Part shown: positions 39,707-54,649 of the stretch, piece by piece
Layout of the letters: each line of letters begins with the position of its first letter
Position numbering within the stretch: position 1 is the stretch's first letter
From: Cenarchaeum sp.
GTDB taxonomy: Archaea; Thermoproteota; Nitrososphaeria; Nitrososphaerales; Nitrosopumilaceae
NCBI GenBank assembly: GCA_963692915.1
Contig: OY843584.1
Coordinates: forward strand, 352,001 to 416,000
Reading direction: 5' to 3'
Length of the DNA: 64,000 bases
The notes under the pieces: generated by a model
Told to the model about the DNA's origin: nothing
What the model saw: the letters and a program-made list of their open reading frames with translations, nothing else
Databases searched by the model: none
Position numbers and translations under genes: made by a program

Positions 39707-40435
39707 GTGGAGATTCAGCAGGCATACCGTGAGCTCGACGTTGGCGAGTCATTCACGCAGGACGAGATAAAGGCAAGGTACCGCAAGCTCGTCCTCGAGC
39801 TCCATCCTGACCGCAGCGGGGCGCAGACTGGCGAGCGCCTCGGGAGGGTCACAGAGGCATACCACACGCTAATGGAGTCCTCAAGCCACCGTGCGGCCGC
39901 ACGCGAGCAGCGCGAGGCGCAGGGCGCACGCAACGCGAGTCGCCAGACGCCCCACGCGCAGCGGCGCGGCATGGCCGGAAGGGCCGACTCGGAGCCGCCC
40001 ACGGAGGACTGGTCAAGGTTCACCTCAGAGTTTGAGGCCGACGAGTCGTTCTGGAAAGAGTACGAGCGCAACTTTTGGCAGGATTACGAGAGGCGGCGCG
40101 CCGACACGTCCGGCGAGCCGGCCGAGCAGTCCACCGGCGGAGATGCGCAGGGCCAGGATGCCGAACCGGCGCAGCAGCCGACGGCGCGGACGCGTGCGGT
40201 TCCTCGCATGGACGTGAACATCGACAAGAGCCTGTGCATTGGGTGCTGCAGTTGCGAGACTATCGCCCCGTCGGTGTTCTGCGTCGACAAGGAGTCGCAG
40301 GTGAACCCAAAGTCCAGCGTGACAGACCCCCTAGGTGCTGATGCAGAGACCATAATGGATGCCGCCGAGACGTGCCCGACAAAGGCCATCATTGTCAACG
40401 ATATGGCCAGGCGCAGGCGCATATACCCGCTCTAG
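39707..40435 (+). CDS. DnaJ-ferredoxin fusion protein
   Basis: J-domain with LHPD; C-terminal CIGCCSC...CP ferredoxin. Confidence 0.9.
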   Translation: MEIQQAYRELDVGESFTQDEIKARYRKLVLELHPDRSGAQTGERLGRVTEAYHTLMESSSHRAAAREQREAQGARNASRQTPHAQRRGMAGRADSEPPTEDWSRFTSEFEADESFWKEYERNFWQDYERRRADTSGEPAEQSTGGDAQGQDAEPAQQPTARTRAVPRMDVNIDKSLCIGCCSCETIAPSVFCVDKESQVNPKSSVTDPLGADAETIMDAAETCPTKAIIVNDMARRRRIYPL

Positions 40436-40845
40436 GAATTTCGAATCGCGTCAAGCTCGGATGCGAGATCCGCGTCATCTGCCCTTGCCCCGGCGGCGCC
40501 GAACATGGAGTGGACAGGTCCGGCCCCGTCACCGGCGCTTCGCGGTATTATGTGAACGTGGACGTGCTGAACCTCCTGGCCGGCTAGCTTCCCATTGTGA
40601 ACTGCAACTAGCGCATCGCCGTGGAGGCGCCTAATGCGTGCGGCAACACGCCTTGCAAGCTCAAACGTCGCGGCGCACTCGGCCTCGCCCATCTCCTCCA
40701 TGCGCTCCCTGTGTGCCCTTGGCACGACTAGGGAGTGGCCGCGCGCAAGCGGAAACGCATCGAGGAATGCGATCGCAAGGTCTGACTCTTCTATGACGTG
40801 CGCACTGATGCCGCCTGATGCAATCTCGCAGAATATGCACGTCAA
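40432..40845 (-). CDS. HIT family nucleotide hydrolase
   Basis: CIFC, GHSLVVP, HVHVHII. Confidence 0.95.
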   Translation of the reverse strand: MTCIFCEIASGGISAHVIEESDLAIAFLDAFPLARGHSLVVPRAHRERMEEMGEAECAATFELARRVAARIRRLHGDALVAVHNGKLAGQEVQHVHVHIIPRSAGDGAGPVHSMFGAAGARADDADLASELDAIRNS

Positions 40846-40852
40846 TGGACGC

Positions 40853-41134
40853 TCACCGCATTTCCGCTATGCGTGCCCATGCAAGATCCTTGCCATAGAC
40901 TATCGTCACGTTGGTTCCGACTGGCACATCGCACCCTGATATCGTCTTTGGCACGCCGTCTGCCGAATCCGCATAGCACACGCCGTCGGCGCTTGCGAGG
41001 ATCGTCGTCTCCTCATACACGTCCTCGCGTATGAGGTTCCAGAACGGAAAGACTAGAGTGGCGATGACGATTCCGGCTCCTGCTATGGCGCCAAGAAATA
41101 TGATCGTGTGCTTTTTGGACTCGTCGATCTCCAA
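40853..41134 (-). CDS. Membrane-anchored hypothetical protein
   Basis: TM IIFLGAIAGAGIVIATLVFPFW followed by a small beta domain with 2 Cys; TTG start. Confidence 0.72.
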   Translation of the reverse strand: MEIDESKKHTIIFLGAIAGAGIVIATLVFPFWNLIREDVYEETTILASADGVCYADSADGVPKTISGCDVPVGTNVTIVYGKDLAWARIAEMR

Positions 41135-41136
41135 GG

Positions 41137-41301
41137 CTACCACATCCCACCGTCGCCGCCCTGCGCGTCGGGCTTTTTCTCTGGCACATTGCCGTGGGCC
41201 TTCTTGGCGTGGCGGGCGAGGCGCTCTGGCGTGTGGAGCTCCATGCCGCACTCGTGGCACTTTGTGCCGCCGTCGTCCTTGTGCCTTCCAAATAGGCCCA
41301 T
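41137..41301 (-). CDS. Small C2H2 zinc-finger protein (54 aa)
   Basis: Own translation MGLFGRHKDDGGTKCHECGMELHTPERLARHAKKAHGNVPEKKPDAQGGDGGMW*: C-x2-C-x12-H-x4-H. Confidence 0.8.
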   Translation of the reverse strand: MGLFGRHKDDGGTKCHECGMELHTPERLARHAKKAHGNVPEKKPDAQGGDGGMW

Positions 41302-41354
41302 GTGCGCCCCCGTGCTGCAAATGTATTATAAGGATATGTGGCGCGCACGCGACC

Positions 41355-42497
41355 ATGGCGGGCAGGCGAATCGCGGTTCTGGGCTCCGGTGTCATGGGTC
41401 ACGGGATCGCGCAGGTCTCGGCGATCGCAGGCCACGACGTGGCCATGCGTGACATTGAGCGCGCATTCCTCGATCGCGCCATGGAGAAGATACGCTGGAG
41501 CCTCGACAAGATGGCCTCCAAGGGCAAGATCGCACCCGCCGAGGCAGATGCGGCCTTTTCGCGCATACGCGCCGAGACGGACCTGGGCTCTGCCCTCGAG
41601 GGCGCAGACATGGTCATCGAGGCGGTTCCCGAGACGATGGACCTCAAGCGCCGCGTCTATGCGGACCTTGATGCGGCAACGCGCGGGCGCGACATTGTGT
41701 TTGCGTCCAACACGAGCACGCTGCCGATAACAGAGATCGCCTCGACGCTTGAGCGCCCCAAAAAGTTCATCGGAATCCACTTTTTCAACCCGCCGCAGCT
41801 CATGCGCCTCGTCGAGGTCATACCCGGCAAGGAGACAGACGCGTCAGTCACCGAGTCGACGATCGAGTATGTCAGGTCAGTCGGCAAGGAGCCTGTCCTC
41901 TGCGCGCGCGACGTGCCGGGCTTTATCGTCAACCGCCTGTTCATACCGCTGGTTCACGAGGCGTGTCACACCATGGATGCTGACGGGAGAACAAAAGAAG
42001 AGATCGACTCAGCCGTGCGCTTTACGCTCGGCTTCCCGATGGGAATACTCGAGCTCGCCGACTTTACCGGCCTAGATGTCATCCACAAGGCCACGCAAGA
42101 GATGCACAGCAGGGACAAAAAGGTGATACGCCCACACGCGACAGTCGAGCGCCTGTACGGCGAGAAAAAGCTCGGCCAAAAGTCAGGCGAGGGCTTTTAC
42201 GAATATTCAAAGGAAAAGTACGAGCGCGTTGGACTGTCTGAGGATCTCGCAGGCGCGTGTGATCCGGTTCGCATAGCCGCCGTGCTCGCAAACAATGCGG
42301 CATGGCTCATCAGCAATGATGTCGCCGACATTGAGACGATCGAGCGTGCGGCATCCCTTGGCCTCGGGATGAAACTGTCAATACGCGATATCGTCACAAA
42401 GTTTGGCGCCTCGGCACTCGCTGACAGGCTGCGCGCGCTTGCCGCCTCTGAGGGCGAGTTTTACGCGCCGGACAGGTCACTAGAGTCACTTGCGTGA
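41355..42497 (+). CDS. 3-hydroxyacyl-CoA dehydrogenase (probable 3-hydroxybutyryl-CoA dehydrogenase)
   Basis: GSGVMGHGIA, EAVPE, SNTSTL, HFFNP, GFIVNR. Confidence 0.93.
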   Translation: MAGRRIAVLGSGVMGHGIAQVSAIAGHDVAMRDIERAFLDRAMEKIRWSLDKMASKGKIAPAEADAAFSRIRAETDLGSALEGADMVIEAVPETMDLKRRVYADLDAATRGRDIVFASNTSTLPITEIASTLERPKKFIGIHFFNPPQLMRLVEVIPGKETDASVTESTIEYVRSVGKEPVLCARDVPGFIVNRLFIPLVHEACHTMDADGRTKEEIDSAVRFTLGFPMGILELADFTGLDVIHKATQEMHSRDKKVIRPHATVERLYGEKKLGQKSGEGFYEYSKEKYERVGLSEDLAGACDPVRIAAVLANNAAWLISNDVADIETIERAASLGLGMKLSIRDIVTKFGASALADRLRALAASEGEFYAPDRSLESLA

Positions 42498-42503
42498 TGC
42501 GCG

Positions 42504-42944
42504 CTATGAAATTTTCGTTGCGCTAGTGGAGAGGTCAGAGTCATACCACGTCGCTGCTGACTCGGCGCCGGATCGCGCAGGGAGGTTTATCGCAATGTGC
42601 GCAAACATGCGTGATGTGGACGTCGAGCCGTGCGTGTGGAGCTCGCCGGCCTTGATGTGCGCGACGCTGCCGGCTGCGAGGCGCACGCGCGAGACCTTCT
42701 TTATGTGCCCGCGTCTCCCTGACGCACCGCGCTTCACATACTTGACGAGACTGCCGCTTCCGGCGACGCCTATGAGTATCTGCGGGCCGGTGTGCGAGTG
42801 GAGCTTTGTGCGTGCCCCTGAATAGAACCTCACATCAAAGGCGCGAGCAGCCTCGCCGTTCCCCATCTTGACTGCCTCGACTAGCCTGACCCTGCCCGTA
42901 AAATAGTTCGGCTTTGCTCGTGCAGGTGCGGACTTGCGTGCCAT
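42504..42944 (-). CDS. Cupin domain protein
   Basis: YFTG.V, ARTKLHSH.G.Q, G..HTHG. Confidence 0.85.
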   Translation of the reverse strand: MARKSAPARAKPNYFTGRVRLVEAVKMGNGEAARAFDVRFYSGARTKLHSHTGPQILIGVAGSGSLVKYVKRGASGRRGHIKKVSRVRLAAGSVAHIKAGELHTHGSTSTSRMFAHIAINLPARSGAESAATWYDSDLSTSATKIS

Positions 42945-43020
42945 CTCGCAGGCCGCGCGCAAATGGGCGTATATACCATGCGCGCTAGGTTAAAAGGCGC
43001 CGCCGTGCCCCAGCGCGCGC

Positions 43021-43737
43021 ATGAGGACTGTCATGGAGTGCTCACCGCGAAACGTCGTGCTGCGCCGCAAAGTCGACGATGCGGGGGCAAAGGCGACCGT
43101 GGAGGCAAGAAAGGCATCGCAGTTTCGCACACTCCTCTCCTCGCCGGCGCGCTCTGAGATTCACACGCACTCTGTGCGCATTGCATACGAGGCGACGACC
43201 ATGCTAAAGGGCGCATACCGCGCCAGCTATCGCCGCAAGGCGATCCACACGATACGCGTGGATCCCAACGTCAGGAGGGTCGAGGTTGGCGACGGCACGT
43301 TTGACGTGCGGCCAGCCTCACGGGTGAGTCGCGCCATCTCGGGCAGGGCCTCATCGCGCAAGGTCGACGTGGAGCTAGAGGAGTTTGTACTCGACGAGCG
43401 TGAGGGGACAGTCTTCGTCGATCATCACGGCCATGTGGCAAAGTTTGCGCACAAGCTCACACGCGGCGCACTTGAGGCATACCCGCGACGCGTCCTGGCC
43501 GCCGCCGAGCTTGTGCGCGAGCCTGAGATGGCGCGCGACGAGCTAGTTGACTGTCTCAGGGAGGCAATCTCGCCGGGACCCATTCGTGGTGACGTGCGGG
43601 ATCTAGAGGACACAATCACAGTGACTGACATGGTTCGCATATATGCGCCTGTTATCGAGGCGAGGCTAGTCGGCCCAAAGAGGCGCGTGCGCATACTTCG
43701 AATCGACGCAATAAGCCGGCGCGTACTCAAAGCTTGA
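43021..43737 (+). CDS. Hypothetical protein
   Basis: Long ORF with host-like codon usage; no motif recognised. Confidence 0.7.
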   Translation: MRTVMECSPRNVVLRRKVDDAGAKATVEARKASQFRTLLSSPARSEIHTHSVRIAYEATTMLKGAYRASYRRKAIHTIRVDPNVRRVEVGDGTFDVRPASRVSRAISGRASSRKVDVELEEFVLDEREGTVFVDHHGHVAKFAHKLTRGALEAYPRRVLAAAELVREPEMARDELVDCLREAISPGPIRGDVRDLEDTITVTDMVRIYAPVIEARLVGPKRRVRILRIDAISRRVLKA

Positions 43738-44545
43738 GCATCTTTCTGACTCGCTTGTCGCCGGCGAGCGGCTCAAAAGCAGTCTCTGCGCGAGCCCATG
43801 CCCTTATCGTCTTTGAGTCCTTTTTCATCGCCTGCGAGAGCATCTCGATTGCCTCCTCGTCGCGCCGTAGTGCGGCAAGACTGCGGGCCACAGCATATGA
43901 CACGCTCGCATTGTTGGCATGGTCGCGCGGAAGCCTGCCGAGTGCGCCTAGCGCATCCTCGTGTCTTCCTAGCTCGGCAAGCTCTATTCCCCTGTGAAAG
44001 AGCGCATCCATGTGGCTCGCATCGGCCCTGAGCGTCGCATCAAAGCAGCCTAGCGCATCCTCGTGTCTCTTCATGCTGCCTAGAACGACCCCGCGGTAAA
44101 AGTGCGCGTTTGCGTTCTTTGGGCCGAGGCGCACGGCCGCATCGATGCACTCGAGGGCCTCCTCGTTCCTGCCGAGCCGGTGGTGGAGGACGCCCATGTT
44201 AAAGTGCGCAGCCGCATGTCGGGGATCCGCCTCGAGGGCCGCCTCGTACGCCTCGATGGCGCCGTCGATGTTGCCCATCTCGGCGAGGGCTATGGCCTTG
44301 TTGTTGAGCGCTCGAACCTCTCGCGGGGAGACCTCGAGGGCCGCATCAAAGCACGTTATGGCATCCGAGTACTTTTTGATCTGATTTAGGGCGATTCCGC
44401 GATCACAGAGCGCGCGCACGTTCTTGGGGTCATCCTTGAGGAGCTTGCCTAGCAGCATGGCTGCGGCCTTTGCGTTGCCCTTGCGCATCATCTCGCGCGC
44501 CTGGCGCGCCATCTCCTTCGAGTCGGCATTTCCGGAGAATATCAA
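43727..44545 (-). CDS. Tetratricopeptide repeat protein
   Basis: Repeated ~34-aa A...KG.AL..G...A...F..AL pattern. Confidence 0.9.
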   Translation of the reverse strand: MIFSGNADSKEMARQAREMMRKGNAKAAAMLLGKLLKDDPKNVRALCDRGIALNQIKKYSDAITCFDAALEVSPREVRALNNKAIALAEMGNIDGAIEAYEAALEADPRHAAAHFNMGVLHHRLGRNEEALECIDAAVRLGPKNANAHFYRGVVLGSMKRHEDALGCFDATLRADASHMDALFHRGIELAELGRHEDALGALGRLPRDHANNASVSYAVARSLAALRRDEEAIEMLSQAMKKDSKTIRAWARAETAFEPLAGDKRVRKMLKL

Positions 44546-45858
44546 GCCCGCCTGCCCCCAAGCGTGGCCGAAAAGCGCCCCGCCGCCTCGATGAGCGCAC
44601 GAATGTCCGCAGCAGTGTGCGCCGCCGAGACTGCGCCTAGCTTGCCGGGCAGAAAGAATATGCCGTCGCGCGCGATCATCTCAAAGTGAAACCTGTGCAG
44701 GAGGTCAGTGTCGCAGCGTGCGGCGTCTGCGGCACTGCGGATCGCCTGCCCATCGCGCGTAAAGTGTGCCATGAACAGGGATCCCGCCCCTGTCGTGGTG
44801 ACGTGCCCGTCAAATGCGCGCCTCAAACCGTCGCGCGCCATCTTGCCTAGGTTGCCGATCCTGCCATATAGCGACTTGCGTGCGCGCAGCGCGCGCAGCG
44901 TTGCGAGACCGGCTGTCATTGATGCGGGATTTGCCGAGAACGTCCCGCCCCCGACATATGACCTCCTGTCCTTCCCAAGGGCTGACGTGTCGGCCATGCG
45001 CATCGACTCGTCTAGGCCACACATTGCGCCTATGGGCATGCCACCACCGATTATCTTTCCAAGCGTGACAATGTCAGGTTTTAGGCGCATCGTTGGATAT
45101 GTGCAGCCTAGCCTAAAGCGAAATCCCGTGACGATCTCGTCTAGCACAAAAAGGGCGCCACACGAGTGCGCAAACTCTTGCAGTCCGCGCATATAGTCGC
45201 GCTCCGAGGGAACACACCCGCCGCCGCCGAGAAGCGGTTCGACTACGATACATGCCAGGTCGCGCTTCACCTGACGCAGCATGCGCAACGAACCCTCAAG
45301 GTCATTGTGCGGGAGCGAGACGATCTTTTCCTCGTTGAGTATGCCACGTGACTCTGAGCCAAATGGCCAGTTGACAGACTTTAGCAGGTCAGATGCGTAC
45401 CCGTGCCACCCACCGTCGACCTTTGCCACAGTGTCCCTTCCTGTCTGCGCACGCGCAATGCGTGCGGCATACATGACAGCCTCGGTCCCCGAGCTCACAT
45501 AGCGGGTCTTTTCTGCCACGCGGACAGACCGTGCAATCTCCTCGGTCAGCGCAATCGACGGCTCGCTCACGGTTCCGTGCATCCAGCCGCGCCCAAGCTG
45601 TGATGTTATGGCGCGCTTCACGACAGGAGGAGCGTGGCCTAGCACGAGCGCCCAGTGGCCCATCCAGTAGTCCGTGTAACTGTTCGAGTCGACATCGACT
45701 ATGGTCTGCGCGCGCGCGGATCGCGTGACGAACGGGTATGGATCAAAGTGGCGTATGTTGTGGTGCACGCCATTGACATGAAGCCTTGAGGACGTGGCAT
45801 GCAGTCTCTGCGAGCGCGGCGTCTTTTGCCTGTATGCCGTCTCGGCGTCGCCCTGCAT
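44542..45858 (-). CDS. hemL: Glutamate-1-semialdehyde 2,1-aminomutase (class III aminotransferase)
   Basis: [32 protein letters not shown]. Confidence 0.88.
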   Translation of the reverse strand: MQGDAETAYRQKTPRSQRLHATSSRLHVNGVHHNIRHFDPYPFVTRSARAQTIVDVDSNSYTDYWMGHWALVLGHAPPVVKRAITSQLGRGWMHGTVSEPSIALTEEIARSVRVAEKTRYVSSGTEAVMYAARIARAQTGRDTVAKVDGGWHGYASDLLKSVNWPFGSESRGILNEEKIVSLPHNDLEGSLRMLRQVKRDLACIVVEPLLGGGGCVPSERDYMRGLQEFAHSCGALFVLDEIVTGFRFRLGCTYPTMRLKPDIVTLGKIIGGGMPIGAMCGLDESMRMADTSALGKDRRSYVGGGTFSANPASMTAGLATLRALRARKSLYGRIGNLGKMARDGLRRAFDGHVTTTGAGSLFMAHFTRDGQAIRSAADAARCDTDLLHRFHFEMIARDGIFFLPGKLGAVSAAHTAADIRALIEAAGRFSATLGGRRA

Positions 45859-45978
45859 GGCCGGCCATGTGCGGGCATCTGTACTTTAACCACTCGGAGC
45901 GCAGTACGGTACTTTGGCTGCCGTTGTGGCCATGATCGGCCCTGTGGACATCATTCCGGGATGCGATCACCCAATTGG

Positions 45979-45985
45979 TTTATAT
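45979..45985 (+). promoter_or_regulatory. Putative TATA box of the rRNA operon
   Basis: TTTATAT about 210 bp upstream of 16S, ahead of the processing-stem leader. Confidence 0.45.
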
Positions 45986-46192
45986 CCACTCGAATAGTCA
46001 GTCCCGCTCGTGCGCGACGCAAGTGCGGCGCCCGTGGTGAGGTGTGGCAATATGCCATTCTGTGACCTGTGGGCCTCCAGTCTCGCATACAAAAATGAGG
46101 AGCTGACCTCAAGGTCTGCTCTGAGCATGTGAAGACAAGTGCATTCCGTCCAATTCAGTTTAGGTAAAAACTTCAATAAAAAAAGAATCCAC

Positions 46193-47662
<1,470 letters not shown>

Positions 47663-47774
47663 TAGACCAGAATTGTGCACGGACGCACAAGTCTTCACAG
47701 CATCGATGCAATGCGTCACGAAAGTGACGTATGAAGGATGTAGTGGGTGCCCCCCCAGGGCACCTGCGATGATC

Positions 47775-50820
<3,046 letters not shown>

Positions 50821-50911
50821 GTCATTTTTTGATTTTTCCTAGCGGACGCTATGCGCGACAGTCGCGCCATTAGCGGCTAGGTTTTTATTTTTGTGCCATG
50901 CGTGCCCCGCC

Positions 50912-51298
50912 ATGGCACGTGGAGAGGGTCACGAGTACCGCGCGTACGACAAGCGCTGCGAGAGGCTCCTTGGGGAGGATATGGTTCGCTTTGCCGGCGT
51001 CATCGACGCCGAGGGGCGCCTCGTGGCCGGCGGGTTTAGCGCCGACATATCGCCCCTTGAGCGCGACGAGGAGCGCCTGCGCTCGTTCATGAAGTTCATC
51101 TCGCGCATCACGATCAGCAACGAGCACGATGACAGCCTCGGGCCGGTAAACTATATCGCGGTTCGCCGCGACAAGGCGGTTCTTGTGAGCTTTCCGTTCC
51201 CCGTGAGCAGCGTCCTCCTCCTAGTGTCAGCCGAGCCCGAAGTCGACATTGAGAGCATGGCATCGAGAATCGTGGACATATTCAGCGGAGTGAGCTAG
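50912..51298 (+). CDS. Roadblock/profilin-like thaumarchaeal protein (DUF6659-like)
   Basis: VRFAGVID..G..VAGG...D..LG.VNY....R.K pattern. Confidence 0.7.
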   Translation: MARGEGHEYRAYDKRCERLLGEDMVRFAGVIDAEGRLVAGGFSADISPLERDEERLRSFMKFISRITISNEHDDSLGPVNYIAVRRDKAVLVSFPFPVSSVLLLVSAEPEVDIESMASRIVDIFSGVS

Positions 51299-51763
51299 GT
51301 GGCCACTGCGAGGGCAACGTTTGCGGCAGGGTGCTTTTGGCATGTCGAGGAGGTGTTTCGCAGCATACCCGGCGTGCTCGATGCGAGATCCGGATACACC
51401 GGCGGAGACGAGAAAAACCCGACATACGAGCGTGTCTGCACTGGCCAGACTGGCCATGCCGAGTCAGTCACGGTGACATATGACGACTCTGCTGTCGACT
51501 ATGCGCGCCTACTTGAGGCATTCTGGTCATCGCATGACCCCACAACGCCAAACAGGCAGGGCCCGGACATTGGAACCCAGTACCGCTCGGCGATATTCTT
51601 CCACACGCCCGAGCAGGAGGCCGCCGCGCGCAGCTCGGCAGACGCCCTCGGGCGCTCGGGGCGGCTATCATCGCCCATAGTCACGCAGATACTTGCGGCT
51701 CCCGAGTTTTACGAGGCCGAAGAGTACCACCAGCAGTATATCCGCAAGGCGCGCCGCGCATAG
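51299..51763 (+). CDS. msrA: Peptide-methionine (S)-S-oxide reductase
   Basis: [26 protein letters not shown]. Confidence 0.97.
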   Translation: MATARATFAAGCFWHVEEVFRSIPGVLDARSGYTGGDEKNPTYERVCTGQTGHAESVTVTYDDSAVDYARLLEAFWSSHDPTTPNRQGPDIGTQYRSAIFFHTPEQEAAARSSADALGRSGRLSSPIVTQILAAPEFYEAEEYHQQYIRKARRA

Positions 51764-52073
51764 CGCGCGTGGTGCGGCCTGCCGGCCCTGTGATCGGCGC
51801 TTCCTCAAAGTCCGCCAGGGATATGCGCTGCCATGCCGTGCGGGCTAGTCTGCGGCGGAGTGGGCGTTCCCTGATGGTGGTCCGGATGGCGCCCCTGTGG
51901 GTGGATCCAGGATGGTGCGCCCTGCCCGCCGCGCAGGGCACGCTGTGGACATGCGTGCGCGCGTGGACTCCAAAGGCGCGCTAGTCTGGCGTGTGTCCAC
52001 GGCAGCATGTGCCCCCTTTGGGCCGGGAGGGACGGTAAGGGTTAAATCCGCCCATCTGCGTGTGTGCGCTAGA

Positions 52074-52559
52074 ATGGCAGAGCCACAAAAGATATCGTCA
52101 CTTGTCACTGGGGGCGAGGCCTCAGCCGGCCCCCCGCTCGGACCGGCACTCGGGCCGCTTGGAGTCAACATCATGGAGGTCATCGGCGCGATCAACGAAA
52201 AGACGGCCGACTTTAAGGGCATGAAGGTTCCAGTCACCGTCTCAGTCTACCCCGACACAAAAAAGTGGGACATTGACATTGGCGTTCCCTCCGTCGCGGC
52301 CCTTCTCCTAAAGGAGACCGGACTCCAAAAGGGTTCGGGCACACCGGGCACGGAGTGGGTCGGTGACATCGGCATGGACGCAATAGCAAAGATTGCAAAG
52401 ACAAAGATCGGCGGCTCGTATGCGACATCGATAAAGTCAGTCGCAAAGTCAGTCATCGGCACGTGCGTCCCACTCGGCATAAAGATTGAGGGCAAGACGC
52501 CAAAAGAGATCACCGCCGAGATAAACGACTCAAAGTGGGACGACGCGCTATCGTCGTGA
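52074..52559 (+). CDS. rpl11: Ribosomal protein L11 (uL11)
   Basis: GG.A.AGPPLGPALGPLG, GMKVPV. Confidence 0.96.
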   Translation: MAEPQKISSLVTGGEASAGPPLGPALGPLGVNIMEVIGAINEKTADFKGMKVPVTVSVYPDTKKWDIDIGVPSVAALLLKETGLQKGSGTPGTEWVGDIGMDAIAKIAKTKIGGSYATSIKSVAKSVIGTCVPLGIKIEGKTPKEITAEINDSKWDDALSS

Positions 52560-53033
52560 GCGCGGGCTGGACTGCTCGCCGACCTGCGCATACTGTGGTG
52601 CCCTTGACCTTTTTTGGAGCTCGACTAGCGTCTCGGTGCCCTGAACGCCGTCTATCTTGCCGATCTTTTCTATGACGATTGCGTGCAGGGACTCGAGGTT
52701 TGACGTGCGCAGCGTTGCGAGTATGTCAAACCTTCCGGTGATCTCGGCCATCTCGGTGACCTCGGGTATCTCCAGGATCGCCTTGTGGACACGGGCCTTG
52801 GCCTTTGGGTCGCGGTTTATGCCGATCGTGGCCCGCACGCCAATGCCGAGAATCGAGTCGTCGACATCGATCGTAAAGCGCACGATGAGGCCCTTCTCCT
52901 TCATGCGCTTTATGCGGCTATAGAGGACCGACGAGTTGACACCCATCTTTTTTGCCAGGTTTGGTATCGAGACCGAGCCGTCATCTGTGAGCTCGCGCAG
53001 GAGCTTCATGTCCATGTCGTCAAACTCAACCAT
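52548..53033 (-). CDS. Lrp/AsnC family regulator
   Basis: D..DMKLL.EL..DG HTH...RIKRM...GLI; RAM domain ITGRFDI. Confidence 0.92.
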   Translation of the reverse strand: MVEFDDMDMKLLRELTDDGSVSIPNLAKKMGVNSSVLYSRIKRMKEKGLIVRFTIDVDDSILGIGVRATIGINRDPKAKARVHKAILEIPEVTEMAEITGRFDILATLRTSNLESLHAIVIEKIGKIDGVQGTETLVELQKRSRAPQYAQVGEQSSPRSRR

Positions 53034-53120
53034 CGCGCAGACGCAATATCGCCACTTCTTTAATAAACCTAGTTTGGCCTGTGGCTCCTGCGGGCATGCC
53101 GGGGGCTTGGGCCTCATGCG

Positions 53121-54649
53121 GTATGAGGTCAGCACCCCCTCCCCTTTTGGTCAAATAGGCGCGATCCTGCCGATCCATTTACCGCGGCGGCGCACGCCGG
53201 GACGTGAAGGGCAAACGGCGCGAGCGTTGGGAGCCAGGCCACGAGTTGGCACAGCTCCGGGGCATGTTCAGTGCCTCCGAGGAGCGGGCCAGGGCGCGGG
53301 ACAGGAAGATTAGCGAGCTGGAGGAGAGTGTTGCCGAGCTGAAGGGCGAGATCGGTGTGCGGGACGAGAGGATCGCCGAGCTGGAGGCGGAGAACGACAC
53401 CATGAGGCGCACGCTGTCGTACTACCAGAACTCCAACACGCCGCCGTCGTCGGCGTCGCTGGAGCACAAGAGGAGGAAGCGCGAGGTGCGGCTCGCGAGG
53501 GAGCGCGGCGAGCTCCCGCCGCACGGGACGCCCGGCGGGAGGCCCGGCCACCGCGGCACGTCGCGCCGGCACGCGCCGACGGAGACCGTGCGGCACCGCG
53601 TCGGCCGCGGGCCGTGCGAGTGCGGCGGCCGCATGGAGGTCACGACGGCGGTGCGCGACATAATCGACATCCCTCCCCCGCGGCCGACCGAGACGCGGCA
53701 CTATGTCGAGTCCGCCACGTGCGCGGACTGCGGCGCGACGCGGCGGGCGGACTGCGGCCTGCCGGCCCGCGGGTCCTACGGCAGGAGGCTCGTCGGCACC
53801 GTGGCGTCGCACCTGTGCGCGCGGCTGCCCGTGGCGCGGATCGCCGACACGATGCTGGACGTGCACGGGATCTCGGTGTCAAAGGCGACCGTGCTGCGCA
53901 TAAGGGACAACGTGGCCGACGCGCTGGAGCCGGAGGCCGAGGGCATATGGGACGTGATCAGGAGCGCGCCGCACGTGCACGTGGACGAGACGGGTTTCCC
54001 CAGCTCCGGCGAGAGCCACTGGGTGTGGGCGGCGGCGTACATGGTCTATAACGGGGTGGAGTTCGCCAAGAGCAGGGGCTCGCAGGTGCTCGACGTGATC
54101 CTGCCGGGGTTCGTCGGCGTGGCGATAACCGACGGGCACCCGGCGTACAACAGGTTCGACGCCGGCGGGATGCACCAGCGGTGCTGGGCGCACGAGCTGC
54201 GCGCCGTGGAGCACGCCGCCAGGATGCACGGCGGGGGGCTGCCCGGGCTGCACGCCGACCTCCTCTCGCTGTACCGCGCCGCCAGGGACACCGCCGTCGC
54301 GCCGTGCGCGGAGCTGCGGCGCGCGATGGAGGACGCCCTGGAGTCGCTGCTGGGCCGGCACGACGACGGCGGGGGCGGGGAGCTGGCGCGCGCCGTGGCC
54401 AGGCTCCGCCGCGCCGCGCCGCAGATGTTCGCGTTCTGCGAGCACGCCGGCGTCGCGCCCACGAACAACGCCGCCGAGAGGGCGATACGCGACGTGGTCG
54501 TGCGGCGCAAGATAAGCAGCCAGCTCAAGGGGGGCGCGGCCGTAGCCAGGCGCATGTCGACCCTCCTGACGTGCTTCCTGACGTGGAGGGCCATGGGGAA
54601 GAGCGTGACCGAGGAGGTCATGCGCGCGGTCTAGGTGCTGACCTCATAC
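53121..54649 (+). mobile_element. Complete single-ORF IS66-family insertion sequence (ISBst12-like), 1529 bp
   Basis: Perfect 16-bp TIRs GTATGAGGTCAGCACC (53121-36 / 54634-49); 8-bp TSD CTCATGCG (53113-20 / 54650-57); visibly higher GC than flanks. Confidence 0.95.
53204..54634 (+). CDS. IS66 family transposase
   Basis: Coiled coil + NS.TPPS, Zn finger CECG...CADCG, DDE motifs HVDETG, ITDG, QRCWAH, TNNAAERAIR. Confidence 0.95.
   Translation: MKGKRRERWEPGHELAQLRGMFSASEERARARDRKISELEESVAELKGEIGVRDERIAELEAENDTMRRTLSYYQNSNTPPSSASLEHKRRKREVRLARERGELPPHGTPGGRPGHRGTSRRHAPTETVRHRVGRGPCECGGRMEVTTAVRDIIDIPPPRPTETRHYVESATCADCGATRRADCGLPARGSYGRRLVGTVASHLCARLPVARIADTMLDVHGISVSKATVLRIRDNVADALEPEAEGIWDVIRSAPHVHVDETGFPSSGESHWVWAAAYMVYNGVEFAKSRGSQVLDVILPGFVGVAITDGHPAYNRFDAGGMHQRCWAHELRAVEHAARMHGGGLPGLHADLLSLYRAARDTAVAPCAELRRAMEDALESLLGRHDDGGGGELARAVARLRRAAPQMFAFCEHAGVAPTNNAAERAIRDVVVRRKISSQLKGGAAVARRMSTLLTCFLTWRAMGKSVTEEVMRAV

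Noticed and set aside
39707-40435. DnaJ-ferredoxin fusion
   Set aside because: Already described in Thaumarchaeota and green plants
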